DNA of 63,292 nucleotides, the filler included, from Hyphochytrium catenoides (Eukaryota; Protista; Hyphochytriomycota), in assembly GCA_900088475.1 (NCBI GenBank). It is 16 parts of 16 records of this genome, joined end to end, with 100 filler letters (N's around TTAATTAATTAA, not from the genome) between each part and the next. Parts side by side here need not be neighbours in the genome. Positions count along the whole stretch, not along the records: positions 1 to 19,412 come from FLMG01000901.1; positions 19,513 to 21,607 come from FLMG01001426.1; positions 21,708 to 24,299 come from FLMG01001995.1; 13 more parts are not named here. The stretch is one strand, 5' to 3'. Below, in pieces: positions 10,476-21,901 of this stretch. Every line of letters starts with the position of its first letter. Position 1 is the first letter of the stretch. A program made the position numbers and the translations under genes. The notes under the pieces are model-generated. The model had not been told where the DNA came from and did no database searches. It saw only the letters and a list, made by a program, of their open reading frames with translations.

Positions 10476-11003
10476 TTAACCCCCCCAGGACAACATACAA
10501 CTGCTGTCGGCTGCGGCGCCTACACTGACAACAGCAACAGTTGCGACAGAAAGGTGTCCAGCAGCGGTAGAGGAGGAGGTAGTAGGAGCTCGAGGGAGCG
10601 CCAGAGCTTGACGCTACCGTAGATAAGTTGCAGACATCATATACGCATTGGTCGAGACCCTTCTCCTTGATGATGATGCGCCTGGCCTGACTAGGAGCCA
10701 CAAGAAACGCCAAGCCAGTACTGCAGAGTGCCTTGTCGTCGCAAGTAATGTAAGGAAAGACATTAGCGTCGATCTTGCCGATCCCGCCAGGACACTGCAG
10801 GCACACGTTGTGACCGAACTCGGTGACGACCTCTTCAGAGGGTCCGAAGGAAGAGGTACAGTTGGTACCAACAGCAGTCATCTCAGCGCTTCCCTTACGG
10901 TCCCTGATCGCAGTGCAGCCATCATCATCGTTCTCCTTCTGGCGGATGCGGGGCCGGCTATTGCGACGGAGAAGACAGCGAGGAGGCTGTTGACGAGCTT
11001 CAA
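10476..11003 (-). pseudogene. Frameshifted secreted Cys-rich, probably GPI-anchored surface protein
   Basis: Signal-like LKLVNSLLAVFSVAIAGPASA (TTG start) / frameshift / 8-Cys domain (GC..NC..VCLQC..TC..LC..QC..VC) / Ser-Thr linker / frameshift / hydrophobic tail AAGHLSVATVAVVSVGAAA. Confidence 0.55.
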
Positions 11004-11568
11004 GATGCTTCTTATTTTCAAGTAGATGATTGATGGATGAGCTTTATATTTTCACTCTCCAGAGTACGAGTATAGAAAGATCTTGTGTAATAATAAGTCT
11101 TTCTAGTGGTCAAGTGGGGGATGGGATGGGAAAACCAGACTCAATGATTTCCTCTCAACAGCCCACCAATGGCTGCTGACCAACTCCTAGAGGTCCCCCA
11201 GCCGCTCCCTTCCTTCCACGTGACATCATTGGATTCAATATTCTCATTCGGTACTTGCTGTCCCTGCCATCGCCTGTTCTGACACCATCATCCCAACCCG
11301 AACCCCCCCCCCCCCCTTCCCTTCATTCGCGGGCAAAGATACCATTGCATAGTGGGCAAGACCTATACTCGAGTTTGGGTTCTTAAAATGTCAGACTTTG
11401 CTAAGGGAATGCTCCACCAAAGCCCTCATTGGCCATTTTTCCGCCTTAGTGTTAATACCTCAATCAACACACAGCAAGCTTGACTGGTAAGCTACATGTT
11501 GAGGGGTTGGATCAATAGAAGAGCTAACTATTGTTCCCGCTATGCCGTAGTTCTCTGGCCGCAAATCG

Positions 11569-11839
11569 ATGGCAAGGTGGCTGTACGTCATGGTGCTGAT
11601 AGCACTCGAACTGATCTCTATGATATTCCAGACTTCAGAGGCGGGCCCCCTATCCTACGCCATTTGCCAGAGTGGTTGCAATGCGGTGGTAGTTGCATGC
11701 TATGGCGCCGCCCCGCTGGTGCCACCTTCGGCATAGCCACTGCCGGTGCAGGTGATCCCGCGGCCATCCTGGCTTGTAATGCGCTCTTGGGGTTTGCATG
11801 ACTGGATGTGTGGCCGCGGGATATACTCCGATCGCGTGA
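11569..11839 (+). pseudogene. Small Cys-rich secreted protein ('zygote-specific protein'-like family), two frameshifts
   Basis: MARWLYVMVLIALELISMIFQTSEA-GPLSYAICQSGCNAVVVACYGAA/AGATFGIATAGAGDPAAILACNALLG/CMTGCVAAGYTPIA*. Matches the GPxxYxICQxGCNxxxVACYxAAGxTFG...PAAILxCNxxLGxCM family of algae, fungi and oomycetes. Confidence 0.8.
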
Positions 11840-13066
11840 TGTGACTTTAATGAAAACGAAAGGCATTCTGGGGTCCATTATTTGGAGCACATGTGTTCCA
11901 ACTACAGCACTCAAACCGAGGTGGATGGTGTTGGACAAGATCTCTAACTCTATTTTCAGAGTCAATGAGATCTCCATACAATTATGACATGTGTTATTCT
12001 GAAGGGCCTGATTGGCTCAACATGTCTATCTAGTGTATCAGTGCGCGAATATGGATGTCAGTCCAATCACTCTCAGTGTCCTCTAGAGTTTCAGCCAATT
12101 TGGCGATGTTACCGACCATCCACCATCGTTTTCAATGAAGTCACATCATCAAAAGTCCTGCAAGACCCTTAGTGCAGGAGGTTTCCCTGCCCAGCACGTT
12201 ATCCCTCACCAAAAGTTGCAAGAATGCATCATACTTAGCTCCATAGTTCACTTGTACTTATTATCACCCTTTCATCCGAGTCAGTCCTCAATAGCGTGAC
12301 GCGTGAACCAAGAAAAATCTTTGTGTCTATAGCAAATGCACGATACTATCGTAATGTCTGGTCAAGTCTCTGACTTCTCTCGCTTTCTGCAGCCGGCTTA
12401 GGATTACTCCAGATTCCCAATTATGTTCTCTGTAGGTGTGTCTAATTCTCGCATCCATTGCTCGTCTTGGAGCCGTATTGCTGAACAAGCAGTGTTTTAC
12501 CCCTTTTTTCTTGAAAAGTGTTATCTATAAAGCGCCTCATTAGAAAAAATACTCAATATATCCATCTAACGGGTGAGGGGAAATAGAATGGCTGCATCCT
12601 TGATCATCGTGCAAGCTGTCTGTGGAAAACGTAGATCTAGGTTGGAGGCTCTTCTTGTTGAGGATGAAGATTGCAGAATAAACTTTAATGAAGATATATG
12701 AACTCGCAGTGAGCTCAATAAGCTATCTATTCTTTCAAAATACTATAAAGCCGAAGTATGCAAAGCTGTTAAGCTGATATGCAAGAGAGTATGCAGAGAG
12801 GGTGGTAATGCTCAGTGTAAGAGAGCGAACGGAGAAGAGTAGAAAGTCATAGAAGAATCATGAAGGAATGAAATAAGTCAGACGAGAGAATATGAGAAAA
12901 TTGATCATGATGATCGAGGCATAAAGAGTGGATAGTAGGAAAGAGAATAGTCAAAGTATGAAAGAACAAATTTAGAAGGAAGAAAGTAGGACAAGCAAAG
13001 AAAACGAAGTATTCCTTGATAAAAAAACTATCAAGAACAGGATTCTCAACACTGTCTACTTCCGCC

Positions 13067-14597
13067 TCAATCTTTTAGAGTCTTGCTTCTTCCTCTTCGT
13101 CGCATTACCAAGATAACACCAAGTATGATGACAAGCAGTCCAGCTACTGATCCCAGAACTATCCCAACAATCGCGAGAGTGGAAAGTCCAGCTTTTGGTT
13201 GCGAAATCCCATCGGCCCCAATGCACTTCCATGAGTCCTCTTCTGGCGCACACTTGGGGGGTTGGTCGTTACCAGTACCACCAGACTCCGAAAGCTGGAC
13301 CGCAGTTGGAGGAAAGCAGGGTATGGATGTATTTCGAATGTCGCTGGTAATCAAGAAGAAAGGAGTGAGGCAATGGTCGATGCACCCAAAAGAATGGCTC
13401 CTACTCACAGGAAAATCATCGAAGTGATTGATACAGCGAGACACTTCAGCTGTCTGTTATTCTTGAGGATTCTTCAAGGAATATTAATGCGTGATTGCAC
13501 TTCTAAGACGCAGGATATTACACAAGGAAAGCAGTATGTACACTCACAGGGTGTCTAGATTTGAAGGTAGCTTAGCATTGAATGCCTGAAGTTGGTTGTC
13601 AGAAAGACGCCTGCGGTGCAGTAATATTAGTAATGTAAATGGAGAACGGATGCGATACATTTTGCAGAATGCGAATGACTTACAAGGCACTTAAGCCCTG
13701 TGGAAGTGTGGTATTGAACCAGGTAAGGTTATTATACGCCAGATCCCTACAAGGGTTTGAAGATGAGGAGGCGTGAAGAGTTATACAAAGCTTCCATGAG
13801 TAACACCAATCCGTCATTTCTTACAAGTAAAGTAAACTTGATGGCAGACGTTGCTGGAAAGAGGAAAGACGATTGTGGCTAAGAGATCTGTTGAAGCATC
13901 TTCTGTCAGTAGAGTTTTGGTGTGACTCAACCCTGAACCAAGAACTCACAAGTCTATTAACCCTTCTGGCAGCGTGGCATTGAATGAAGTCAGCTGGTTT
14001 TTAGTCGCATCCCTGTTTCGTGAGCCAACCGTTATACTTAGTCAACAGGTATCACACTCAGAGACAAATTCAGTCACTGTTATACACTTACAGATACATT
14101 ATTCCCGAAGGTAGTGTCACGTGGAGTGAAGTGAGGTTATTATGTGAAATAACTCTGTCAGGGAAACGGAAAGGAGTTGATATGAACCACCATAGTCTAT
14201 GATAGGAGCGGTGGCACACATCGACTCTCTTCGTCAGTACTTACAGTGAGTCATAATTGGTGACGTTACCAATGTCATCGATGACGTTGGTGATTCGAAA
14301 GCGATACAGATCGTTACCATTAAAGTACAGGGTTTTGGGTGGTCTTGTTAGAGTATGGCCTGCTGCCTCTACGCAGCTTCCATTCGCTGCAATCTTCTTG
14401 ACACACAGGACGTTAGTCCGGCAATCCTTTGCCGTCAGAATGGTTTGATTAGCGATGCATCCGCTTGCTGGAACGGTGGGCCGCAAATCGGCCTCTTCCG
14501 GGTTGTTCAAATCTACGAGAGCATGGTTCTCTATTAGAGCACAAAAGAAGAAGAGAAGCAGCGCTAACACGAACGTAGAGGAGCAAAGAAGATTCAT
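13067..14597 (-). CDS. Single-pass LRR receptor-like protein (signal peptide, Cys-rich cap, 6 exon-encoded 21-aa LRRs, TM, short basic tail), ~335 aa
   Basis: Exons 14597-14245, 14154-14092, 14012-13950, 13887-13825, 13746-13684, 13610-13548, 13471-13409, 13343-13067, all GT-AG and all phase 2. LRRs e.g. VISHNNLTSLHVTLPSGIMYL, DLAYNNLTWFNTTLPQGLSAL. TM LAIVGIVLGSVAGLLVIILGVILVM followed by RRRGR. Confidence 0.88.
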
Positions 14598-15087
14598 TGC
14601 CGCTGCAGAATAGCAAGGGGGGGTATCCAGGGCTTGTTTCGATCGTAGAACTTTGAAAATGAGCAGGATGGGTGGCGGGATAGTCGCGTCAAGCTGAGTA
14701 GCATCTCTCCATCTCTCCTCATCATTCTCTAAATAGATCTACCAAAGAGCTGGCCACTGGAATGAGAAGGTGCAGGCTTGATGTACAAAACGAGAGGTGA
14801 ATTTTTTTCGCCATGAAGGTGGTGAAAGTTGTACTTCGCCCAACCCATACAAGCGGCCCACGATTGCTCTATGACTATAAATTGTGGGAGGTGGAGCTCT
14901 TTTGATGGTGAAAAATTAGTCCGAGGATCTAGGACTGAAACATCAGGGGTTAAGTCTTCATACATCCAATAATATCAAGCCTGTGCCTTCTTGGTCGTGA
15001 GCGCACCATTGACGTTTTGGGCAATGGTAGGATATGATCCCTTATTATGAAGCTTTACGCTGTACACTGAAGAGCGCACATTTTTGC

Positions 15088-15158
15088 TGCGGCCCACCGT
15101 TCCAGCAAGCGGATGCATCGCTAATCAAACCATTCTGACGGCAAAGGATTGCCGGACT
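15088..15158 (+). repeat. Perfect 71-bp inverted duplicate of 14415-14485 (LRR gene exon 1)
   Basis: tgcggcccaccgttccagcaagcggatgcatcgctaatcaaaccattctgacggcaaaggattgccggact is the exact reverse complement of 14415-14485. Confidence 0.95.
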
Positions 15159-15944
15159 GATGCGTACCTTTAGTGCGGTTGGAACTGGTGGTTCTATGTG
15201 GTCTCAGGATCCAGTCCTTTGTAGTACAGCAAAGAGGTGGACAGACGGGAGACCCCCTTCGCGGTCCCCTTAGCACTGTCATTAGAACGTGCGGATTCTT
15301 TTACAGTTAATAAAGGCCTTTGGTTTCCCGCTGGGGTCATGGAGCTCAAATACTTTACTACTTAGGCCTCCCTATCGCACGCAAGTGCGCACCCCAGTTT
15401 GTCCTAGACGTTAGACAACAAGGGGTATAAGAAAGGAGGCTGACGAGGTTAGGGGTCTAATAACTGGAGCGCACAATCTCTTCCCTCATGGAGGACCACT
15501 GTTACTGTAGCTCGTCTTCTTGCGCACCTTACTATGATGCTTACCTCGAGGCCTCCATTGTGTGCGCTTCTTTTCCCTGTAATATCATAGCGGCTACCCT
15601 TGGTGCGCACAGATCGTTTCATCATCATCATCACCCCAGCAGGCGATTATCTTTGTCCTCCTTGTACTCGTACCTCCTCCTCCTTCTTCGTCATCTCTTG
15701 GCTGCTCCTGCCGCTCGGCCGCTGCCCGCTCTGCTGCTGCCACGTTCTTGGGACATGTCGATCCGCCGCTGGATCTCCATCCTCCTCGTCGGTCTCTTCC
15801 TCCTCGTCTTTGCTTGCTTGCTTTCCTCACCTGACGGAGGGTTTGTTACAGTCACGAACAACGCTCCCTCCTTCTTCCTCCCTCTCCCTCCTGCTTGTCC
15901 TTCTTACTTTTCCTTCCACGATACTGTTCGCTCTTCTTCCTCAT

Positions 15945-16337
15945 CTATCTTGTGCGGGCGGAGAGAGAAGATCCATCACACGCTTGGCCGTTCTTCATTG
16001 CATGGCTGCTCTTGGTGAAGCTCAGCGTCATCTCCATCATCACTCGTGGATCACTCGCCAGCCGTGCACTATCGAGAGCACATAATAGGCGAACAATGGT
16101 AAGCAACAAGAGATAGCCCAATCTCCGTTGCTCTGTCAAGTTCTCATATGCCTGCTTTTGATAAAGTCTTAGCGTCATCGGTATCATGACTCGTCGATCA
16201 CTCCCCAGCCCTGCACAACCAGGAGCACCTAGGCGAACAGCAATAATGGTAAGCAACAACAGATGCCCCGATCTCTGCTGCTCTGCCAAGGCCTCACAGC
16301 AAACGGCTTTCCCCTCTTCTTCTAATGATGATGGCAT
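15945..16337 (-). CDS. Hypothetical protein with two ~49-aa internal repeats
   Basis: EALAEQQRSGHLLLLTIIAVRL...SDRRVMIPMTLRL vs ENLTEQRRLGYLLLLTIVRL...SDPRVMMEMTLSF. DNA period 147-150 bp, frame-preserving. Confidence 0.35.
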   Translation of the reverse strand: MPSSLEEEGKAVCCEALAEQQRSGHLLLLTIIAVRLGAPGCAGLGSDRRVMIPMTLRLYQKQAYENLTEQRRLGYLLLLTIVRLLCALDSARLASDPRVMMEMTLSFTKSSHAMKNGQACDGSSLSARTR

Positions 16338-16609
16338 GAGCTGAAGGGAGGACGGACCCTTTGTAGCTACTCCTTCGGATGACGAGAAGCGGAAAGAGAA
16401 GTGAGGAGAGAGACACTGATGAATGTGTTCATGGGTGATTCATTGCCTATAAATAATAGTATAACATTCCAGGTCAACGCCCACCGCCACTTCCCCTCCC
16501 AAGCCCGTTTGTTTTCTACTCCAGCGTGTTCTTGCTATCTTAGTGTGCCAGGAGGCAGGCGGTATACTCGCTAATCTTTCTACCTACCAGCTGCCAAGCG
16601 AGACATTGC

Positions 16610-17599
16610 TTATCCTGCCGCCGTGCTATTGACATGAGTATCTGCGCGATTATAGAAGTGCACCAGACACTGTCCGTCCATCTTGGCGTACCGCTTGCAG
16701 CCATCAACCTCACAGTTCCTCAGCATTGAGGAGCGATGTCTCTTGCACATGCCATACTTTACGGCGTGCTTGCCGCAGTTCTCCACCCAGCAGCGGATAA
16801 AACCTCCGTGGGCCTTACAAAGACCGCCTTTCACGGCAAATTTGTTGCAGTTGCGCTCATTGCAGCGCTTTCTCTTGGACGACGCCGAAGACGCGGTGGC
16901 TCCGGCTCCTCCTACTATATCTTTCCCTGATTTCCCTTCTCCGGCTTCTGCAGATGAAGGTCTGCCGCTACTGGTGGAGGAAGAGAGGGAAGGACGAATC
17001 TGTCCTGCGTCTCTTGCTAGCTTGGCCGAACGATAGCCCTCTCGAGCTTGTCGACCAGGAGATGACTCTGTGCTGGCACCGCTAGAAGACTGAGCGTCAT
17101 CTTCGTCTCTGTCTCGTCTTCTGCTTTTTGCTCTGATTGGAGCCGCGAAACTTTCTGCTCGATTGGTTGGGGCCATTCTGCGCTCTCTCAGATCTTCTGG
17201 TTCTCTGCAAAAGAGACTAGAGAAGCGGCTGAAGGAGGGAAGAGAGACGCTTCCCGCCGCTCTCTCTTCTCCTTCTTCCGCTGTAGGGTAAGCAGGAATC
17301 CGACGTTCAGGCGCCACTTCTCCTTTCTTGAAGTTGCCTTGGAATTCCCCAGAGCGAGGCGCGAGAAAGACCTTCCTCTCTCTCTGCCTCTCTCCTTGCC
17401 CTAACTGACACAACGCGGCCGCTGCCGTTGTGGCCGCCAGCTTGCTAATCTTCTTTATATCCTCTGGTCTAATGTCCTGACTTGGTTCCTCTCTCCTTCT
17501 CTTTCCTCTCACTATCCTCCCAGCACTCTGAGACAGCGAAAGGAGCAGTTCTGCAGGCGGTGAGCTCGGTTCTAAAGCCTCCTCTACGCTCATACACAT
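16610..17599 (-). CDS. Protein with three C-X4-C-X9-C-X2-H (WRKY19-like) zinc-finger repeats, putative transcription regulator
   Basis: CNERNCNKFAVKGGLCKAHGG, CWVENCGKHAVKYGMCKRH, CEVDGCKRYAKMDGQCLVH after a disordered Ser/Arg-rich region; basic NLS-like KRKR. Confidence 0.8.
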   Translation of the reverse strand: MCMSVEEALEPSSPPAELLLSLSQSAGRIVRGKRRREEPSQDIRPEDIKKISKLAATTAAAALCQLGQGERQRERKVFLAPRSGEFQGNFKKGEVAPERRIPAYPTAEEGEERAAGSVSLPSFSRFSSLFCREPEDLRERRMAPTNRAESFAAPIRAKSRRRDRDEDDAQSSSGASTESSPGRQAREGYRSAKLARDAGQIRPSLSSSTSSGRPSSAEAGEGKSGKDIVGGAGATASSASSKRKRCNERNCNKFAVKGGLCKAHGGFIRCWVENCGKHAVKYGMCKRHRSSMLRNCEVDGCKRYAKMDGQCLVHFYNRADTHVNSTAAG

Positions 17600-19077
17600 A
17601 CTGCAGCACAGCTCTTCTCCTTCTTCTCCTCAAACATGCGCTAGTTTTCTATGTTCTCCTCTTTCTTCTCTCAGCGCTTCTCGGATGACAGGTCTCTCGG
17701 TTTCCAATCTTCAACTGTGAACAGAGATCGCGGGATCGTTGTCTTGGACCGTCAATATCTCTTGAGTGAGGAAGAGCCAGCACAAGTCTCGGTTTCTCTC
17801 GCTCGCAGAGCTTGTCTGTCTTCTCCCACTTCTTGGGAAAGCGTCACAAATGTGAAGAGAGACCGTTGAAGGGTCCTCCCCCGGACTAGGTGAAAGGTAG
17901 GAGAATTGGGGCAGATGTGACAACTCTCGAATGGGGAAAACCCAAGAAGAGAGAGCTTCTCTCTCTATTGTCGTCTCTCTCTCTCTCTCTGCTTTCTTCT
18001 GTCTCTCTCCGGGAAAGAGATCAGTCTTGAAACAGTCGGGAATGCTTTGTTCCCGGCCGCAGAATGCTAAGGAAAACCGGCTCGCGCGGTGTCGCAACGC
18101 TCTGCCTCGACACTTTGATAAGGAAGATTGACTAGTGCTTGTCCTCCCCTCTCTGACCACTGAGACCCCAATTTCTTCCTGTTTCTCTCTCTCTCTCTCT
18201 CTCTCTTTCCTGAAGCGAAGGGAAAGAGAGAGTGTAGACAAGGGGATTTCCCGTTGAGGTCAAAAGGTCGGTCGTCGCAAGCAAGGAAGAAAAATGACCG
18301 TGGATGATGCTTCTCCTCGTGATGTCGACCTAGGGGATGATGACGAAGCTTATTGATAGAGAGACGGGGAAGGAAAAAGAAGACGACAATCGCTCTCTCT
18401 CTCTCCTTTCTCTCCGCTTCTCTTCCCCTTTACTCCCTCGCAAGCTGGGGAGAACGAGAGAGAGAGAGAGAGAGGCGGTGCATAGGAGGGCTGGAGAGGA
18501 GCAAAAAAGAAATCCTCCTTGTTGCCATCAAGATCATCTCCCCCAATAAATGCAGCGTCTTTTTGGGCAGCGACTCGTTCTCTTTCTCTCTCTCTCTCTC
18601 CCTCTTTCCTCTCTCGCTCTCTCTCTCTCTTCCCATCAACGCTTTCCCCTCTTTTTTCTCTCTCCATTTGGCTTCCCGTCCCCTCTCCTTCAACCTGACC
18701 AGCTGCCTAGGGTACAATCGTGGGAGAAACGGAAGACAGAGGAAAGTGAGCCTGCGGCAGGATTTATTGCTTGCCACTTTCTCTTGCTTTCTCTCTCAAC
18801 TGGCTGCATCTCTAATGATATTTCCCTTTCTCTCGTTCTCTCTCTCTCTCTTTGCCCCTCTTTCCTATGGTCTCTTCTCTCTCTTTCTTGCTTGTCTCTT
18901 TGCCAGCCACACATCACCTTGATACCTTCTCTCTGTCTCTCTCTTCCAAGTTTTCAGTGGCGTTGGTTTCAAATGTGGGAAAGCATCCTTTGTCCTAACA
19001 GTATCTTAGGCTTCCGTCTGTGGTGGAAAGATTCCTCACATATAACGGAGGACGAGGCTGAAGAGAGTGAAGCTCTC

Positions 19078-19129
<52 letters not shown>

Positions 19130-19412
19130 TCGTCGTCCTCATCAGACGTGACAACGACACCTGAGCTACCACCTACTAACGGGGAGCCATGACGTCTCAG
19201 GGTCACTCTCTCTCTCTCTCTCTTCCTCTCACCTCCCCTTTCTCTCTCTCTCCTTCTCTCTCTCTCCTTCCTATTCTCCTTTGTGATGCTGCTACTAGCC
19301 CTTGTTCCCCGCCTAAATATGGTCACTTTGGCCGCCCTTTCCTCTGAAGGTACCTGTTTTTACGTTTGCCAAGGTAAGAAAGTCCCCCTCTCTCTCTCTC
19401 TCTCTCTCTCTC

Positions 19413-19512
19413 NNNNNNNNNNNNNNNNNNNNNNNNNNNNNNNNNNNNNNNNNNNNTTAATTAATTAANNNNNNNNNNNNNNNNNNNNNNNNNNNNNNNN
19501 NNNNNNNNNNNN
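19413..19512. other. Artificial assembly linker N44-TTAATTAATTAA-N44 (recurs ~15 times in the window)
   Basis: Identical six-frame-stop 12-mer centred in ~100-nt N gaps at ~19.4, 21.6, 24.3, 26.2, 33.6, 40.4, 41.6, 44.4, 47.7, 52.9, 54.6, 55.8, 57.0, 58.3 and 62.1 kb. Confidence 0.95.
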
Positions 19513-19737
19513 TATGCTGATGCAAGCTGACCAAGAGCCTGCCATGATTAATGTCTGCGGCGCGTGTGTCCTCATCATTAACTCCAAGGAAAAGGTTGAA
19601 GAGAATGTGATTCAAAGATCGTCAGACAGGTATTGGGAGGTAAAGGTTAGAGGTTGACCAAATGCTTTATCGGGGATTTTGGATAAGGGAGATGGGACTT
19701 TGACTGTCTTATTCATGGTATTATTTCTCCACATCTT

Positions 19738-19775
<38 letters not shown>

Positions 19776-20935
19776 ATTTTGAGTATCTCTGGACGTTAAA
19801 GGAAACATTGGTCTCTGCTTCAGGTGTTGATGATCTCTGATGGTGATCGAGCGGTAGTCAGTGTTGCCGTCAGAATGGCGACGGAGAGTCCGTTAAATAG
19901 TAGCGCTGCCATTTCTACATGATGGTGGTACAGGGTAGAGGTGTAGAGGCGACCCGATGACACAGCTACAGAGACTGTGCATGTGAGAAGGTGGATAAAG
20001 CGAAGGCCAAAAACAGAGAAAGTGACAGACAGATCCTCTTCGGTGTCTTTTGGCGTTAGAAAAGGTAAGACGTGACAAGCAATCAGTCAGAAGGAGCGAT
20101 ACCGTCAGTAGTATGTGTCAACTGTGTGGTCAGTCATTAGTCAGAGTCGAACTATGTAAGAGAGAGATGATTATGCTCAACACGCCATGCAGGGCCTCAA
20201 GTCATCATATATGGCTAGCGAGCGAGCGTGAGGCAACCGTGAATAATGGGGAAACAAGGGAAAGAAAGTCGAATCCCGCAAATGTGTGATGCCAGGAACG
20301 TCTTCTCTGGCGCCAGTGATGAGTGTTTGTGGCCTGTCATGGTCCATTAGCTAGAGGACGAGAAAACGGCGACTTAGGATTCAGTGAGAGAGGCGGCTGG
20401 CGCCAGTGTAGACTCTCTCATCAGCTATTTTTCCCCTTCCAGTTCCACTGCTCTCTCTTGCTCTGTCTTTCTTTCCTTTACCATGGAAATGCATTCCCCT
20501 CAGCTGTGAAAGCTCTGTCTCTTCTCTTCCCTCCTTTCTGTCTCTCTTGTCCATTGTTTGGGGTTGCACGCCTCAGGTACTTCAATTAGTGCCTGTGGTG
20601 GCCAATAATGAGTGGTGACGCAGCAAGATGTAGATCTAAGGATCGACAAAACGAGATGAGGAGGACAAAAGAAGGCAATCACCGTCTTCTCTTTCTACAA
20701 CGAAAGTAGAAGTTCTATGGGCAGAATGATTGAGGATGGAGGAGATAAACTGCAAAAGACTAAGAGTGAGAGATGGAGTGAGAGAAGAGGCAAGAACCAC
20801 CAAGAAGAGATTAGATAGATAGCGAGAACGAGGGCGAGCGAGCGAGAGAGAGCGAGAGAGAGTGAGTGAGTGAGAGAGAGAGATAGCGAGACGGGGAGAA
20901 GGGGTGAGAGAGAGAGAGAGAGTATTTTTAGTAAA

Positions 20936-20983
<48 letters not shown>

Positions 20984-21707
20984 GAGACAATGAAAGAACC
21001 ATGCTGACGTGCAGCGGGAAAGGGCTAAGACGCGGACAGTGTGACAGGCCACGCCGAGCCCCCGCCCGTTAGCTCTCAGGCTAGAGCTGCCAGTCCATAG
21101 ACGAGCGCTCTCTGGGGCCCTGCTTGTGCTGGGAGAGAGCAGAAGTGAGAGAGGAGACGCAAGCACGCCAGAGGACCAAAACGTTATCTCAAAACATCGG
21201 TCATTGACATGTCAAATAAGCTTTTCTTAGCAGTTGGGCAATTATTCTGCTAAATTCGGCACCAAGACTCAGTAAGAAAGGAGATAATTGGCATTTGACC
21301 CACGTCATATTTACGGGTATATTGAGAATATCGTGTTATTTATCGTGCAAAATTGGCATAAGAAGCTCACTGCTCACTCAATCGCCAAATAATCACTCCA
21401 TGTTGATGTGCCTCGTACATATCAGGAACAGGACCTCCCTGATCAATAATACGAAGAGGTTATTCATCATCATCGACGATTTTGGCCCATCATAACGATC
21501 CGTATCTCGCCCCAGGCTCCCTGGCGGCAGGTGGGACGTGTGCGGTGGTCAGGAAGGAAGCGACAGGCGAAGAAAGGGAGAGAATCAGGACTCTCTCTCT
21601 CTCTCTCNNNNNNNNNNNNNNNNNNNNNNNNNNNNNNNNNNNNNNNNNNNNTTAATTAATTAANNNNNNNNNNNNNNNNNNNNNNNNNNNNNNNNNNNNN
21701 NNNNNNN

Positions 21708-21739
<32 letters not shown>

Positions 21740-21901
21740 CGAGAGAGCGAGAAAGAGTGATGGAGAATGAGGGGGTCGATGGGGCGAAGAATGCGGAAAA
21801 CACAATGTCATCATCTCTGCAGACCATCAGTCTCTTATCTTCTTCTGGGCTGACAAGCAGGCCTACACTGTGACCGCAAGCGAAAGCCCTCTCCAGACAG
21901 A

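Noticed and set aside
11900-12450. Possible Helitron Rep remnant on the minus strand (KYDAFLQLLVRDNVLG)
   Set aside because: Single weak motif; no HUH or helicase motifs recoverable.
12450-13066. Kinase domain downstream of the LRR-TM exon
   Set aside because: No GxGxxG, HRD or DFG motifs found in any frame I read.
19457-19468. Recurrent TTAATTAATTAA, superficially a regularly spaced repeat, CRISPR-like or piggyBac TTAA site
   Set aside because: Always centred in ~100-nt N runs; it is a six-frame-stop assembly linker. Gene neighbourhoods across it were not interpreted.
17700-21200. Many long ORFs rich in LSLSLS/ERERER (also 36.3-40.4, 44.6-47.6 and 54.7-59 kb)
   Set aside because: Translations of (CT/GA)n microsatellites that lack stops. 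Short real exons may be embedded but I could not assemble them.
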